Source: an uncultured Rhodopirellula sp. (GTDB lineage: Bacteria; Planctomycetota; Planctomycetia; Pirellulales; Pirellulaceae). Taken from it: DNA of 64,000 nt. The translations under genes were made by a program, and so were the position numbers. A model generated the notes under the pieces. It saw nothing but the letters and a program-made list of their open reading frames with translations, was not told where the DNA came from and did no database searches. How positions within the stretch are numbered: position 1 is the first letter of the stretch; the number at the start of each line of letters is the position of its first letter. Shown here in pieces: positions 1 through 9,768 of the stretch. The stretch is taken from positions 1 to 64,000 of the forward strand of contig CAXGAI010000018.1 in the NCBI GenBank assembly GCA_964007735.1, in the 5' to 3' direction.

Positions 1-827
1 CCAATCAGCATGTCGCGGCCTAAGGGGGTATCACCATACCGAGCAACATCTTTCGGATCCGGTTCATTGAATAACGATCTGCGTTTCATAAGAGCATGTG
101 CAGTGTCGAATACAAAATTCTGAGCTTCACTAAAAGTGGCGGGACGCGTTTTGGAGTACTGTTGATTTGCAAATTTGCGAAGAGAATTGCGATCGTCATT
201 TTGTTGAGTGTTGACTGACTCCGGCAACAAAATATTTGGCGGCGGTTCACCTTCACCAATAGCCAGCGCACCGTATTTAGGCCCCAGAAAGCCGGCGTCC
301 TGATATTTAAATCCCCCACTGCCGGGCTTCACCCAGACATAAGGTGGAAGACCGCTGTCGCTAGGCCCCATTAGATTGGCAACTGCCGATCCAAAGTACG
401 GGTAGATGACGCCTCGGTCTTTAGGGTCACCTCGGTTAATTCGAGGGACACCCGCCGAATGAGAATTATCAAAAGTGCAAACTCCTCGGTCCAATGCCAG
501 CTTGTGCATAATCCGTGATGTTTTTGGCATCAATTCACTAATGTGCACTCCCGGAATAGAAGTTGCGATTGAGCGAAATGGTCCCCCAAATTGAGTGTCT
601 GGTTTAGGATCCCAACTTTCCAGTTGGCTCATGCCACCGTCGATCCAGATGAAGAGCACTTGCTTTTCTTTTTGTTGCATTTGTTCCGCAACGAGCGGCT
701 GAACGAGGCCGCCCAGACCTCCGAGCCCAATGGCGCTAGCGGCCGCTCCGGCATGCAGCAAATGTCGCCGCGATAACGTGTGTTCAACGGGTTTGCAAAG
801 CGGATTGGTTGCTTGGTGGCTGGGCAT
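1..827 (-). CDS. DUF1501 family protein (C-terminus runs off the window)
   Basis: Not in the ORF track. Manual translation from the ATG at 827 gives MPSHQATNPLCKPVEHTLSRRHLL...KQVLFIWIDGGMSQLESWDPKP...GPFRSIATSIPGVHISELMP...GLPPYV...AGFLGPKYG. This has a twin-Arg leader and the DUF1501 GGxSxxxxxDPKP motif, and lies 9 nt downstream of a DUF1549/1553 gene. Confidence 0.9.
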   Translation of the reverse strand, partial: MPSHQATNPLCKPVEHTLSRRHLLHAGAAASAIGLGGLGGLVQPLVAEQMQQKEKQVLFIWIDGGMSQLESWDPKPDTQFGGPFRSIATSIPGVHISELMPKTSRIMHKLALDRGVCTFDNSHSAGVPRINRGDPKDRGVIYPYFGSAVANLMGPSDSGLPPYVWVKPGSGGFKYQDAGFLGPKYGALAIGEGEPPPNILLPESVNTQQNDDRNSLRKFANQQYSKTRPATFSEAQNFVFDTAHALMKRRSLFNEPDPKDVARYGDTPLGRDMLI

Positions 828-836
828 ATTAAATGC

Positions 837-2465
837 TTAGTGGTTGATGGAAAATTCATTAGATGCGAGTAAGGCCCAAATTGCCTGCTCGATCGCTTTC
901 GTCTTATCTGAGTGGGAGACGATGTATTGATTGAAATAGTTTGTTTCATCGAGTGTTGGTTTGCGAGAGAGAATTGCCAGATACAAGGTGTCCGCGTATT
1001 CTCGGTCCTGTTTGTTGAGCAGGTCGGCAAGATTACCCGGTTTTGCTGGGATCCAGGACAGTACTCGTGGCCCGTTTAGCACAAAAAGAGCCCCGCGAAC
1101 GGATGGGGCAAATTCAGTTTCCGGTTCACGTGGAGGATTGGCATAGGCATCCAGGAAATCTGTACGGATGCCATCGATCGATTCATCCAATTGTTCTTGT
1201 TGGGGTTCGGTGGAATCGGCCCCAACTGTAGTGGTTTGGGTCGGAATGAGATTTAATTGCCCAGTGGCGGTGAGCATGCTCCACATGAGCTGCTCGGCAC
1301 TTAGAGGCTTTTCAGAAAAAACGCGATATTCATGTCGCTTGGCGTTAGCAACCGAAGGTGTTATCGTGCCCGTACGCTGGTAAGTTCTCGATAAGCCTAT
1401 TTGTCGAATCAACCACTTGATGTCGTAGTTGTTGTCCGCAAATTGTTGCCCCATGAGAGACAAAAGTTGCGGATGGCTTGGTGGGTTATCCGAATGGTGT
1501 AAATCCATCGGGTGAACGATGCCTCGCCCCATCATTAGGTACCAAATACGGTTCACGGCATTTAAATTGAAGGATTCATTTGTCGCCGTCGGTAATTGCT
1601 TAGCGAGGAAATCAAGAGGATTAAATTTAGGGATGCCCGGCGCTTTGGTTTCTTTATTAGGCTCTACGGCGAATTCTTCACCGCCAATGAATTCCGGTAT
1701 AGTGATTTCAGACAGCCCAGGTAACTTTGGTCCGGTGGAAAAAGTTCCTTCCTCAAAAACTGAGTTGAATTCCAGCCTGACCTTGATTGGTTTCATGCCG
1801 ATAGCTGGATAATCCGTATCGCTGCGGATGAAGGAATTGTTAATAAAGGCAAACAGTCCCTGAAAGTCTGCCTGTTTGTAATCATCAATAAAAAGATGGT
1901 CGTGGCACTGTGCACAGGCGAGGTCCATACCGAGAAACATACGGCCAATATCGCGAGCAAGCCCGGGAAAGTCGGTTGGGTTCTGACCGTACTTCTCCAA
2001 TCGTTTTGTGAGGAAATATGCTGAACCTCGTGTGGTTTCGTTACTGGTGTCTGGAGAAACCATGTGCTGCACCATCTTGTCCCAAGCCATGTTCTTGTTA
2101 AAGCTGGAGGTTAAAAACAGTTGCCAATCCGGGTCAATTCCCCTGCGTTCCATGAGCATGACATTAAAGAATTCGGACATGCGCCGTGAGTATCGAGAAT
2201 CTTCAAGCAGTTTATCGATAAGGTGCGAGCGTCTGTCTGTTGCCGTGTCTGATAGGAATTCGAGTGTTTCTGAGGTGTTTGGGATTTGCCCAATAAGGTC
2301 CAGGTAAATCCGTCTCAGGAATTCAGAATCAGTAGATTCCGCTGCGAATGGTTCCGGACTAGCCCGCTCGATATGCTGGTCAATGAACTCATGGAGTTGC
2401 TGCGCCACGAGTGGCTGAATGCTGCAAAAGCAACATAGAACGGCTAAAAGGGGGTAAAACTTCAT
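837..2465 (-). CDS. DUF1549/DUF1553 (PSCyt2/PSD1) domain protein
   Basis: Signal peptide; EFLRRIYLDLIG, FLGMDLACAQCHDH, VNRIWYLMMGRGIVHP, NPPSHPQLL, WALLASNEF. Confidence 0.93.
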   Translation of the reverse strand: MKFYPLLAVLCCFCSIQPLVAQQLHEFIDQHIERASPEPFAAESTDSEFLRRIYLDLIGQIPNTSETLEFLSDTATDRRSHLIDKLLEDSRYSRRMSEFFNVMLMERRGIDPDWQLFLTSSFNKNMAWDKMVQHMVSPDTSNETTRGSAYFLTKRLEKYGQNPTDFPGLARDIGRMFLGMDLACAQCHDHLFIDDYKQADFQGLFAFINNSFIRSDTDYPAIGMKPIKVRLEFNSVFEEGTFSTGPKLPGLSEITIPEFIGGEEFAVEPNKETKAPGIPKFNPLDFLAKQLPTATNESFNLNAVNRIWYLMMGRGIVHPMDLHHSDNPPSHPQLLSLMGQQFADNNYDIKWLIRQIGLSRTYQRTGTITPSVANAKRHEYRVFSEKPLSAEQLMWSMLTATGQLNLIPTQTTTVGADSTEPQQEQLDESIDGIRTDFLDAYANPPREPETEFAPSVRGALFVLNGPRVLSWIPAKPGNLADLLNKQDREYADTLYLAILSRKPTLDETNYFNQYIVSHSDKTKAIEQAIWALLASNEFSINH

Positions 2466-2518
2466 ACCCGTATTTTACCGTATCTGTTTGTTTTGATGCG
2501 AGCAATATTCTCGCGGAA

Positions 2519-3280
2519 TCACCCAGCAAGGTCCTTAGATTCTCGAAGTAATACACGTATGATAGCTTCGAGATGTGAATAGCACTGAGAGCGATCGTTC
2601 ATGATCTGTTGATAGGCGTATTCACCGTGTTTGTCGTCGATGATTGCCAGTGGTCGCCCGGTTTGCATAGCTTGCACCTGAATTTCACAGGCTCGTTCCA
2701 GGTAATAAAGGTCATCAAATGCTTCCGCCATATTGGGGCCAATAACAATGACACCGTGATTGGCTAAAAACAAGACACGATTCCCCTGCATTAGCGCCGC
2801 CATGCGATTACCTTCTGCATGGTCTAACGCGAGCCCGTTGTAGTCTTTGTCATAGGAGATGCGGTTAAACCACCTTAACGAATTTTGTGTGCAGTGGATC
2901 ACTTCTCCGTCATCCAGACAGGCTAAAGTGGTGGCATTCGGCATGTGCGTGTGCAAAACGACTTTGGCATTAGAGACATTTCGGTGGATTCCGGAGTGAA
3001 TGAAGAAAGCCGTAGGCTCGGCTTCGTGTTTTCCATCTAGAAGTGTTCCATCCGTAGCCACGGTGATGATGTCACTAGCGCGGATTTCTGACCAGTGTAA
3101 ACCTTGTGGATTCAGAAGGAACGTACCTGGCTTATCGGGAACTTCAACACTGAAGTGATTGCAGATTCCCTCGCTAAGACCAAGCCGGTCTGCCCATCGA
3201 AGGCAGGCGGCCATCTCAAGTTTAATGCGATCGATCGGGGCAGTGAGAGATTGGTAATAAGTTTCCGGGCAGATGGACAT
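2519..3280 (-). CDS. Class II aldolase/adducin family protein
   Basis: ICNHFS, LLNPQG, FIHSGIH, VLHTH, LANHGVIVIG metal-binding His pattern. Confidence 0.92.
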   Translation of the reverse strand: MSICPETYYQSLTAPIDRIKLEMAACLRWADRLGLSEGICNHFSVEVPDKPGTFLLNPQGLHWSEIRASDIITVATDGTLLDGKHEAEPTAFFIHSGIHRNVSNAKVVLHTHMPNATTLACLDDGEVIHCTQNSLRWFNRISYDKDYNGLALDHAEGNRMAALMQGNRVLFLANHGVIVIGPNMAEAFDDLYYLERACEIQVQAMQTGRPLAIIDDKHGEYAYQQIMNDRSQCYSHLEAIIRVLLRESKDLAG

Positions 3281-3285
3281 AAAAT

Positions 3286-4344
3286 CTAGCGTTTCTCGTC
3301 TTTGATAGTTTTAATCCAGGATACCTGTGTAATCAGGAGGTCCAGGGAGGCGTAGCTTAGAGCTTGATTGGTTGCATGAGCTGAATTCAAATTGGCTGGG
3401 TGTGTTGCTTGTGTGGCGTCCCCAACGAGGAATACATTAAAGTCGTTGCGTAGATTTTCATATCCAGCGGTAGTGCTACAAACGCACATGTCCGTGGCAT
3501 AGCCAGTTAAAAGGATGTGGCGTATACCCCGTCCCTTTAAAAATCCGCGCAATTCACTGTACCCTTGGTTGTCAAAGAACACGACATCCTCTTTCGAGAC
3601 GTCAATTGTACTCATGACGGGTATGGGAAGTTTCCAATAGCCTCCGCCGTTATAGTGCGCTGAAGAGTCAATGCCTTGAAACTGTTTGAAATAGTCGACG
3701 ACGGGTAGATCTTTGTTTAGGGGTAAGGCAGTCGGAATGCCTTGGGCCTGATAATTGTAGTCCTTAAGCTTTCGCAACATTCGCACTCTACCTTTGTCGC
3801 GAAGTATCCGATCCGGATTGGATATAGTGGTGAGATACGCATCAGTACGAGGGGCGGTGGCATCTCCGGGAAGACTATAAAGAATTGTATTGACGTGTGG
3901 GCGAAGTGATTTGAGTAAAGGGTTGATGATTTCCTGAGAATGCTTGAGTATCCCCTCGTTTTTTAACGGCGTGCCACCGAAAGCGACTCCGTTAGGACGA
4001 GGTGTTTCCCAACCTTGACCATCATCGACGCCCCAGGGATGAACACAAACGACAGCGGTTTGTCTGGCATCCAACAGATTGGGTATTTCGATGATCCCCC
4101 GAGCGTTGTAGGAAAAACGCCAGGCGCGGACGGCTAATGTTGCCTGACGATCGCTAATTAATGACGGTGCAAGAAAGTGATTCTGTTCCAACACCGGAGC
4201 AACGTAAGCAGGGTAGTCCGCAAGAATCGGTTGTGGATTGGAGATCCGTGTTAACGTGTTTTGGTATTGAATCGTCTGTTGGCCCAACAAGATTGAGTCG
4301 TTCAGCAGTAAACAGAGAACGCTCGTGGTTAAGAATCGAATCAT
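3286..4344 (-). CDS. Secreted isochorismatase-like (cysteine hydrolase fold) protein
   Basis: Signal peptide; C-terminal LKGRGIRHILLTGYATDMCV...FNVFLVGDAT is typical of the isochorismatase family. Confidence 0.75.
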   Translation of the reverse strand: MIRFLTTSVLCLLLNDSILLGQQTIQYQNTLTRISNPQPILADYPAYVAPVLEQNHFLAPSLISDRQATLAVRAWRFSYNARGIIEIPNLLDARQTAVVCVHPWGVDDGQGWETPRPNGVAFGGTPLKNEGILKHSQEIINPLLKSLRPHVNTILYSLPGDATAPRTDAYLTTISNPDRILRDKGRVRMLRKLKDYNYQAQGIPTALPLNKDLPVVDYFKQFQGIDSSAHYNGGGYWKLPIPVMSTIDVSKEDVVFFDNQGYSELRGFLKGRGIRHILLTGYATDMCVCSTTAGYENLRNDFNVFLVGDATQATHPANLNSAHATNQALSYASLDLLITQVSWIKTIKDEKR

Positions 4345-4358
4345 GAGTAGCCAGTTCC

Positions 4359-5339
4359 TTACTTAATACGTTCTGCAATTTCGTTCAGTGTCGAGAAGCT
4401 AGCGGAGTCAGGATTTGATTTTACGAGGTTGATGATGGTTTGCAATGTTTTGTGTTCAGGGTCTTCCACTACCAAACAGGATGGGTGGCAAAGGAAATCG
4501 TAAACTTGTTTCTTTTCAATCACCGCCTCGACGCAGAGTGATACAGCCTGGTTGAATTCGTTGAGGGTCCAAAAGTTTGAACGAAAAGCATTTACATCAC
4601 TGATCGGACTCATTGGGATTTCAATCAGACCGGATTTGTATTTGAATGGCTGGGCGTCAGTCTGAGACTGGACGATGTTATCGAATGTGGTCTGGCCGAC
4701 GCCCTGTGGGTCACGTTTGGCCAGGTGGCGAGGATATTTACTGCTGACCCAGGAAAATCCCAGTTCCAGAAGCAGGTTCTGCAGGTCAGGGCGTTCTGAG
4801 AGGCCCTGATTGAATCCGCCGGGCGTACGAAAACCTGTTTGTTTGATTCCGGCGCGTTGTTTTAAGGCGATTTCCGTTAGGCGTATGTTTTCACGGAGTA
4901 TTTCGCAGACGGTCTTGTCCCTGATGAGCCATGGGCTGCGTGAAAAACGGAATTGTGTTTCCGACGGAGTGGTTGCCAGAAGATTGACGTGATCGTACGT
5001 GTGATTGCCGATCGCGTGGCCCATCTCGTGGATTTCGTGTAACCACGAAATATTGTCTTGTTCTAAAACGCGGCCTACTAAAAAGAAATGCAGGCGAACC
5101 CCATTCTCGGCGGCGATTTTAGCAGCCTCGACAGAGTACCTTTTGGTGTCCTGATCTAGATTCCCTTTTTGATAGTCCCATTCAGTATTACCACGCTTTG
5201 GATAGTGCCTGCTCATCTCCAGGTCGTAGGTGATTGCAATCTGGGCGGTTTCAGCAGACGCGGCTCCTCCAGAGGTCGGTAAAGCGCAAGAAAGCAAAAG
5301 GCCCGTGATGCCTTTCAGAAACTCGCGACGATCGTTCAT
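4359..5339 (-). CDS. Polysaccharide deacetylase (NodB/CE4-like), Tat-exported
   Basis: Start moved to the ATG at 5339 (SD-like AAAGGAAA upstream, NDRREFLK Tat motif). ITYDLE, IGNHTYDH and GFRTPGG are CE4 motifs. Confidence 0.85.
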   Translation of the reverse strand: MNDRREFLKGITGLLLSCALPTSGGAASAETAQIAITYDLEMSRHYPKRGNTEWDYQKGNLDQDTKRYSVEAAKIAAENGVRLHFFLVGRVLEQDNISWLHEIHEMGHAIGNHTYDHVNLLATTPSETQFRFSRSPWLIRDKTVCEILRENIRLTEIALKQRAGIKQTGFRTPGGFNQGLSERPDLQNLLLELGFSWVSSKYPRHLAKRDPQGVGQTTFDNIVQSQTDAQPFKYKSGLIEIPMSPISDVNAFRSNFWTLNEFNQAVSLCVEAVIEKKQVYDFLCHPSCLVVEDPEHKTLQTIINLVKSNPDSASFSTLNEIAERIK

Positions 5340-5367
5340 AGTGTTTCCTTTCCGGTTTGGGCTATGA

Positions 5368-6762
5368 CTAGCGAGCCAACGGATCACCATGGTTTTGCAA
5401 CCACGTATTCATCTCTTCGCGAAGCTGTTCAGCAAATTCAAAGTACTTCTTGTTGAACGCCAGATTTTTCAATTCATGTGGGTCTGTGCCCAGATGAAAG
5501 AGTTGCACGTGGTCAGCTTGAGGATAATCGATAAGCTTCCAGTTATGCATGCGAATCATGCGCTGCGAGTCGCGGAAGTACCCAATGATAAATGGATAAG
5601 CAGCCTCGATCTCACCTCGTATCACGGGCATTAGGCTGGTACCCTCGATCGATGGGTTATAAGGCTGTTCGGTTATATCCATAAAAGTCGGATAGAGGTC
5701 GCGTAAATAGCACTGGGCGGAAAACTGCTTGCCTTCCGGGATACCAGGGCCGCGAAAAATCAGCGGGACATTGATGGTATGTTCGTACATGTTTTGTTTG
5801 CCCATGAGGCCGTGACTTCCGAGTGCCAGTCCGTGGTCGCTACTGAAAATAACGATAGTATTTTGCGTTTGGTTTGTATCGTCGAGGGCTTTTAGAATAC
5901 GTCCGATTTGTTGATCCATATACGAGATGACCGCATAATACGTCGACAGGTCGCGTTTGATGTCAGTTTTGCGACGGGGAAATGTATTAAGTAATTCATC
6001 TCGACCTTTCAGATTCCCATGGTCAAATGGATGCACGGATTTGAAATTTTTGGGAAGTGGCATGCGTTTGGCATTGTACGCATTTTCCCAGCCGGGTGGC
6101 ATTAGAAGCGGGTCATGTGGAGCCGTAAAATTGACGTGAAGGAAAAAAGGTTTGGTATGTTCTCGATTGATGAAGTCAATCGCGGCATCTGCAAATTTGC
6201 TTTCGATGTCCGGGGTAAGGCCCACTCCTTTTTCCGGAAACGTTTGGCGATCGTCCGTTTGAAAGACCCAACTGCGGTATCCTGTGACCTCGCGGCCGGC
6301 ATAATCAAATTGCGGCTTCGTTTGCTTGCCCCCTGAGGCGAATAATCCCAGCGATTCTTGATAACCACGAGTAGAGGGGCGTCCGGCTATCATCCATTTG
6401 CCCACCCAAAACGTGTTGTAACCAATTTTTTGCATTGCCTGAGGCCAGGTTGTGTGTTCCAGATTGGGTTTAAGCGGAGGCATATGTACGCCGTTCCTGA
6501 ATCCCGACTGACCAGTTAAGATCTCCGCTCGACTCGGGACACACAAAGGATTAGCGCAAGTTGCTTGTGTAAAGGTAGAGCCTTCTCGCACCAAACGGTC
6601 AAGATTTGGAGTTTGGATTATCGGATTACCCAACGCCGCGATAGTATCCGGACGTTGGTCGTCGGCAAGCAGGAAAATGATATTCGGGTGTTCAGCCAAA
6701 AGGATCGAAGGAAGACCCAGACAGTAAATTGCGAAAACGCATATTCGGAAAGTGCTTGGCAT
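5368..6762 (-). CDS. Formylglycine-dependent sulfatase
   Basis: PNIIFLLADD, CVPSR (CxPxR), PHDP, FSSDHG, KQNMYE; signal peptide. Confidence 0.95.
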   Translation of the reverse strand: MPSTFRICVFAIYCLGLPSILLAEHPNIIFLLADDQRPDTIAALGNPIIQTPNLDRLVREGSTFTQATCANPLCVPSRAEILTGQSGFRNGVHMPPLKPNLEHTTWPQAMQKIGYNTFWVGKWMIAGRPSTRGYQESLGLFASGGKQTKPQFDYAGREVTGYRSWVFQTDDRQTFPEKGVGLTPDIESKFADAAIDFINREHTKPFFLHVNFTAPHDPLLMPPGWENAYNAKRMPLPKNFKSVHPFDHGNLKGRDELLNTFPRRKTDIKRDLSTYYAVISYMDQQIGRILKALDDTNQTQNTIVIFSSDHGLALGSHGLMGKQNMYEHTINVPLIFRGPGIPEGKQFSAQCYLRDLYPTFMDITEQPYNPSIEGTSLMPVIRGEIEAAYPFIIGYFRDSQRMIRMHNWKLIDYPQADHVQLFHLGTDPHELKNLAFNKKYFEFAEQLREEMNTWLQNHGDPLAR

Positions 6763-6867
6763 GCTTGGATAGTTTCTAATGAAAGGAGTTTGCTGAGCTA
6801 GGAATTGCCAAAGCCAATATAACTGTTATCAAGGTTGAACGGTAAGAAATCTAATAGGCAAAGTGGG

Positions 6868-8622
6868 ATGAGATTAGTATTGACGTTTTGTGCGGCTCTA
6901 TATTTACCTTGCTTTTCGTGGGGACAGGGAATCCCACGCGCTGACACGATTTTTATCAATGGGATTGTCCACACGGTCAACCCAGCAGATCAAACCGTCT
7001 CCGGATTTGCTGTTAAGGACGGACGGTTTTTGGCAGCAGGAAGTAATGAGCATGTCCTGCTTCGACGGACAAAATCGACCGACGTGATCGATCTCAAGGG
7101 GAAAACGGTGATTCCCGGTTTGATAGATTCGCACGTCCATTCTACAGGAGCAGCAATTTATGAGTATGACCACGTAGTTCCCCCAATGCATGAAATGGCT
7201 GATGTATTGGCGTATATAAAAAAACGTGTTGAAATTCTGGAAGACGATCAGTGGATCTTCATGAGTCAGGTGTTTATTACCCGTCTTAAGGAACAGCGGT
7301 TCCCAACCCGAGAGGAAATGGACCGAGTGGCTCCAAATAATCCTGTTCTGTTTCGAACTGGTCCGGATACGGCGGTTAATTCCCGGGCATTAGAATTGTC
7401 GGGGATAGACGACAGTTTCGTTCCACCCGATGACTCCAACTATAAGTTGGAGAGGGATGAGGAGGGTAAGTTAACGGGGGTCCTGCGAAGTGGCAGTTCG
7501 TTGCTTAAATACGAATCCAATACAAAAAACCCTTCGCATGATGAACGAGTCGCGCAGTTGAAGAAACTCGTCCGTGACTATAACCGTGTGGGAATCACTT
7601 CAGTTTCCGATAGAAATACGAACGATACAGCACTCGAGATTTGGCGAACCTTACATGAAGCTGGTGAATTGAGCGTTCGTGCATTTCTGTTTTACTCAAT
7701 GAATGCTAATAAGAGTCCGGAGGAGATAAAGAGTCGAATTGAAAAAGCGGCTGCAGATCCGCTTCATCAATATAATCCACATTTATGGCTTCGGGGAGTT
7801 AAAGTGTTTCTTGATGGCGGCATGTTGACTGGCAGTGCCTACATGCGAAAGCCCTGGGGGGTGAGTGAAATATATTCAATTCGGGATCCTGAATACCGTG
7901 GAATGCGATATATCGAGCAAGAACGACTCTATCAGTTCTCCAAGTTAATGCTGGAGAATGGATTTCAAATGACGGCTCATAGCGTTGGCGATGGAGCTGT
8001 CCATGCATTGCTAGAGGCCTATCGAACGATCGATGAAAACGACTTTCAGGTTTCAGAGCATCGGCCATGCATTACTCATTGTAACTTCATGAGCCTCGAG
8101 GCCATTGAAAGTATGGCAGAATTAGGTGTCGTCGCAGATTTGCAGCCTGCCTGGCTCTACATGGATGGTAGAACACTTTTAAAGCAATTTGGAGAAGATC
8201 GCACCAAGTATTTTCAACCTTACAAAACAATCTTTGAGAAAGGTGTGATGGTTGGCGGCGGTTCTGACCATATGCAAAGAATCGGTAGTCGAAGAAGTGT
8301 AAATCCGTACAACCCGTTCCTTGGCATGTGGATCACATTGAAAAGACAACCTCGATATATGTCGGAGACCTTACATTCCGAACAGAAAATTAGCCGTAAA
8401 CAGGCTTTGAGGTTGTATACGTTTAACAATGCGTTTTTAACTTTCGAGGAGAAAGAAAAGGGGTCGATTGAACCTGGGAAATTGGCAGACTTTGTGATCC
8501 TTGATCGCGATATCATGACGGTAGACGTCGATGACGTTAAAGAGACTCAGGTTCTTGAGACTTATCTGGGGGGACGAATCGTGTATGACCAAGACAAAGA
8601 TAACCAATTGACTGGAGAATAG
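6868..8622 (+). CDS. Amidohydrolase 3 family (YtcJ-like) metal-dependent hydrolase
   Basis: PGLIDSHVH, VKVFLDGG, AHSVGD, ITHC, GGSDH, GSIEPGKLADFVIL. Start taken at ATG 6868, which begins a signal peptide; the ORF track starts at 6835. Confidence 0.92.
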   Translation: MRLVLTFCAALYLPCFSWGQGIPRADTIFINGIVHTVNPADQTVSGFAVKDGRFLAAGSNEHVLLRRTKSTDVIDLKGKTVIPGLIDSHVHSTGAAIYEYDHVVPPMHEMADVLAYIKKRVEILEDDQWIFMSQVFITRLKEQRFPTREEMDRVAPNNPVLFRTGPDTAVNSRALELSGIDDSFVPPDDSNYKLERDEEGKLTGVLRSGSSLLKYESNTKNPSHDERVAQLKKLVRDYNRVGITSVSDRNTNDTALEIWRTLHEAGELSVRAFLFYSMNANKSPEEIKSRIEKAAADPLHQYNPHLWLRGVKVFLDGGMLTGSAYMRKPWGVSEIYSIRDPEYRGMRYIEQERLYQFSKLMLENGFQMTAHSVGDGAVHALLEAYRTIDENDFQVSEHRPCITHCNFMSLEAIESMAELGVVADLQPAWLYMDGRTLLKQFGEDRTKYFQPYKTIFEKGVMVGGGSDHMQRIGSRRSVNPYNPFLGMWITLKRQPRYMSETLHSEQKISRKQALRLYTFNNAFLTFEEKEKGSIEPGKLADFVILDRDIMTVDVDDVKETQVLETYLGGRIVYDQDKDNQLTGE

Positions 8623-8629
8623 TTGAATT

Positions 8630-9757
8630 ATGAAACGTAGGTCGTTTATTAAGGCAGGAATCATCACAGGCGCATCCGTTTCCACTGGTCTGTTGCAGGC
8701 CAATGTCAGTCCCGAATTGACTCCACGAACGGAAGGTGGCTTGGACTGGTATAACGTGGAGAGCTGGGGTGTAGAAGGCCGGGCGTTTGGTGATACAGAC
8801 TCGTATTTTGACCGCTTACCCCGACGTGCAAAGGGAGTCGTTCGAGATGCCGTCTGGAGTTTAAGTCGGCATAGCGCTGGTATGGCCGTGCGATTTAAAA
8901 CGGATTCGCAGGATATCCACGTGGATTATCGTTTGAGGTCATCGAACTTAAGTATGGTTCATATGCCGGCAACAGGCGTAAGCGGAATTGATTTTTATGG
9001 AAGGACTAATTCAGGCGAGGATCGATGGGTTCAAGTGGTCAGACCGACCAGTCAAAATGTTAAGGCTCACGTGATTAGTGGGATCGATCCTGGACCCGAG
9101 ACAGGTCGGTTATTCACGGCCTATCTCCCCTTGTATAACGGCCTCGAGAAGCTGGAAATTGGGGTGACATCGGGAGCCCGGTTTACCCCGGTGTTGCCAC
9201 GTTCGGAGCGTCCAGTTCTATTTTACGGAACGTCAATTATGCATGGAGCGTGTGCATCACGGCCAGGGATGTCGATTTCGGCATTGCTTGGTAGGCGTTA
9301 TGACCTACCTACGGTTAATCTCGGATTTTCGGGAAATGGTCGATTAGAACTAGAACTGGCCGATATGATGGGCGAAGTAGATGCGGCCGTTTATTGTGTT
9401 GATTGCCTGCCAAACCTAAATCCGCCCCAAGTTACTGAGCGAACCGTTCCGTTCTTTAAACGTTTACGAAAATATCGGCCCAATACTCCTATAGTGATGG
9501 TTGAAGATCGTTGGTTTACTAATGCCGAATTCTTTGGAGGAACCCGCCGAAGACACGAAGGCAATCAGAAAGCATTTCGTGAAGGTTATCAGCAGCTTGT
9601 CAGCGAAGGTGTTAAAAATCTCCATTATCTCCGTGGACATGAATTGTTGGGGAACGACGGTGAGGCAGCGACCGATGGTTCGCATCCAAATGACTTGGGA
9701 TTCATGCGATACGCTGAGGCCTATGCGAAAGTTTTAGATCCCCTGTTAAGTAAATAG
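8630..9757 (+). CDS. SGNH/GDSL esterase with GxDxY-type N-terminal domain, Tat-exported
   Basis: MKRRSFIK Tat leader; SGIDFYG; YGTSIMHG (Ser block I); NLGFSGNG; DGSHPND (DxxH). Confidence 0.9.
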   Translation: MKRRSFIKAGIITGASVSTGLLQANVSPELTPRTEGGLDWYNVESWGVEGRAFGDTDSYFDRLPRRAKGVVRDAVWSLSRHSAGMAVRFKTDSQDIHVDYRLRSSNLSMVHMPATGVSGIDFYGRTNSGEDRWVQVVRPTSQNVKAHVISGIDPGPETGRLFTAYLPLYNGLEKLEIGVTSGARFTPVLPRSERPVLFYGTSIMHGACASRPGMSISALLGRRYDLPTVNLGFSGNGRLELELADMMGEVDAAVYCVDCLPNLNPPQVTERTVPFFKRLRKYRPNTPIVMVEDRWFTNAEFFGGTRRRHEGNQKAFREGYQQLVSEGVKNLHYLRGHELLGNDGEAATDGSHPNDLGFMRYAEAYAKVLDPLLSK

Positions 9758-9768
9758 AGGTCCTGCTT

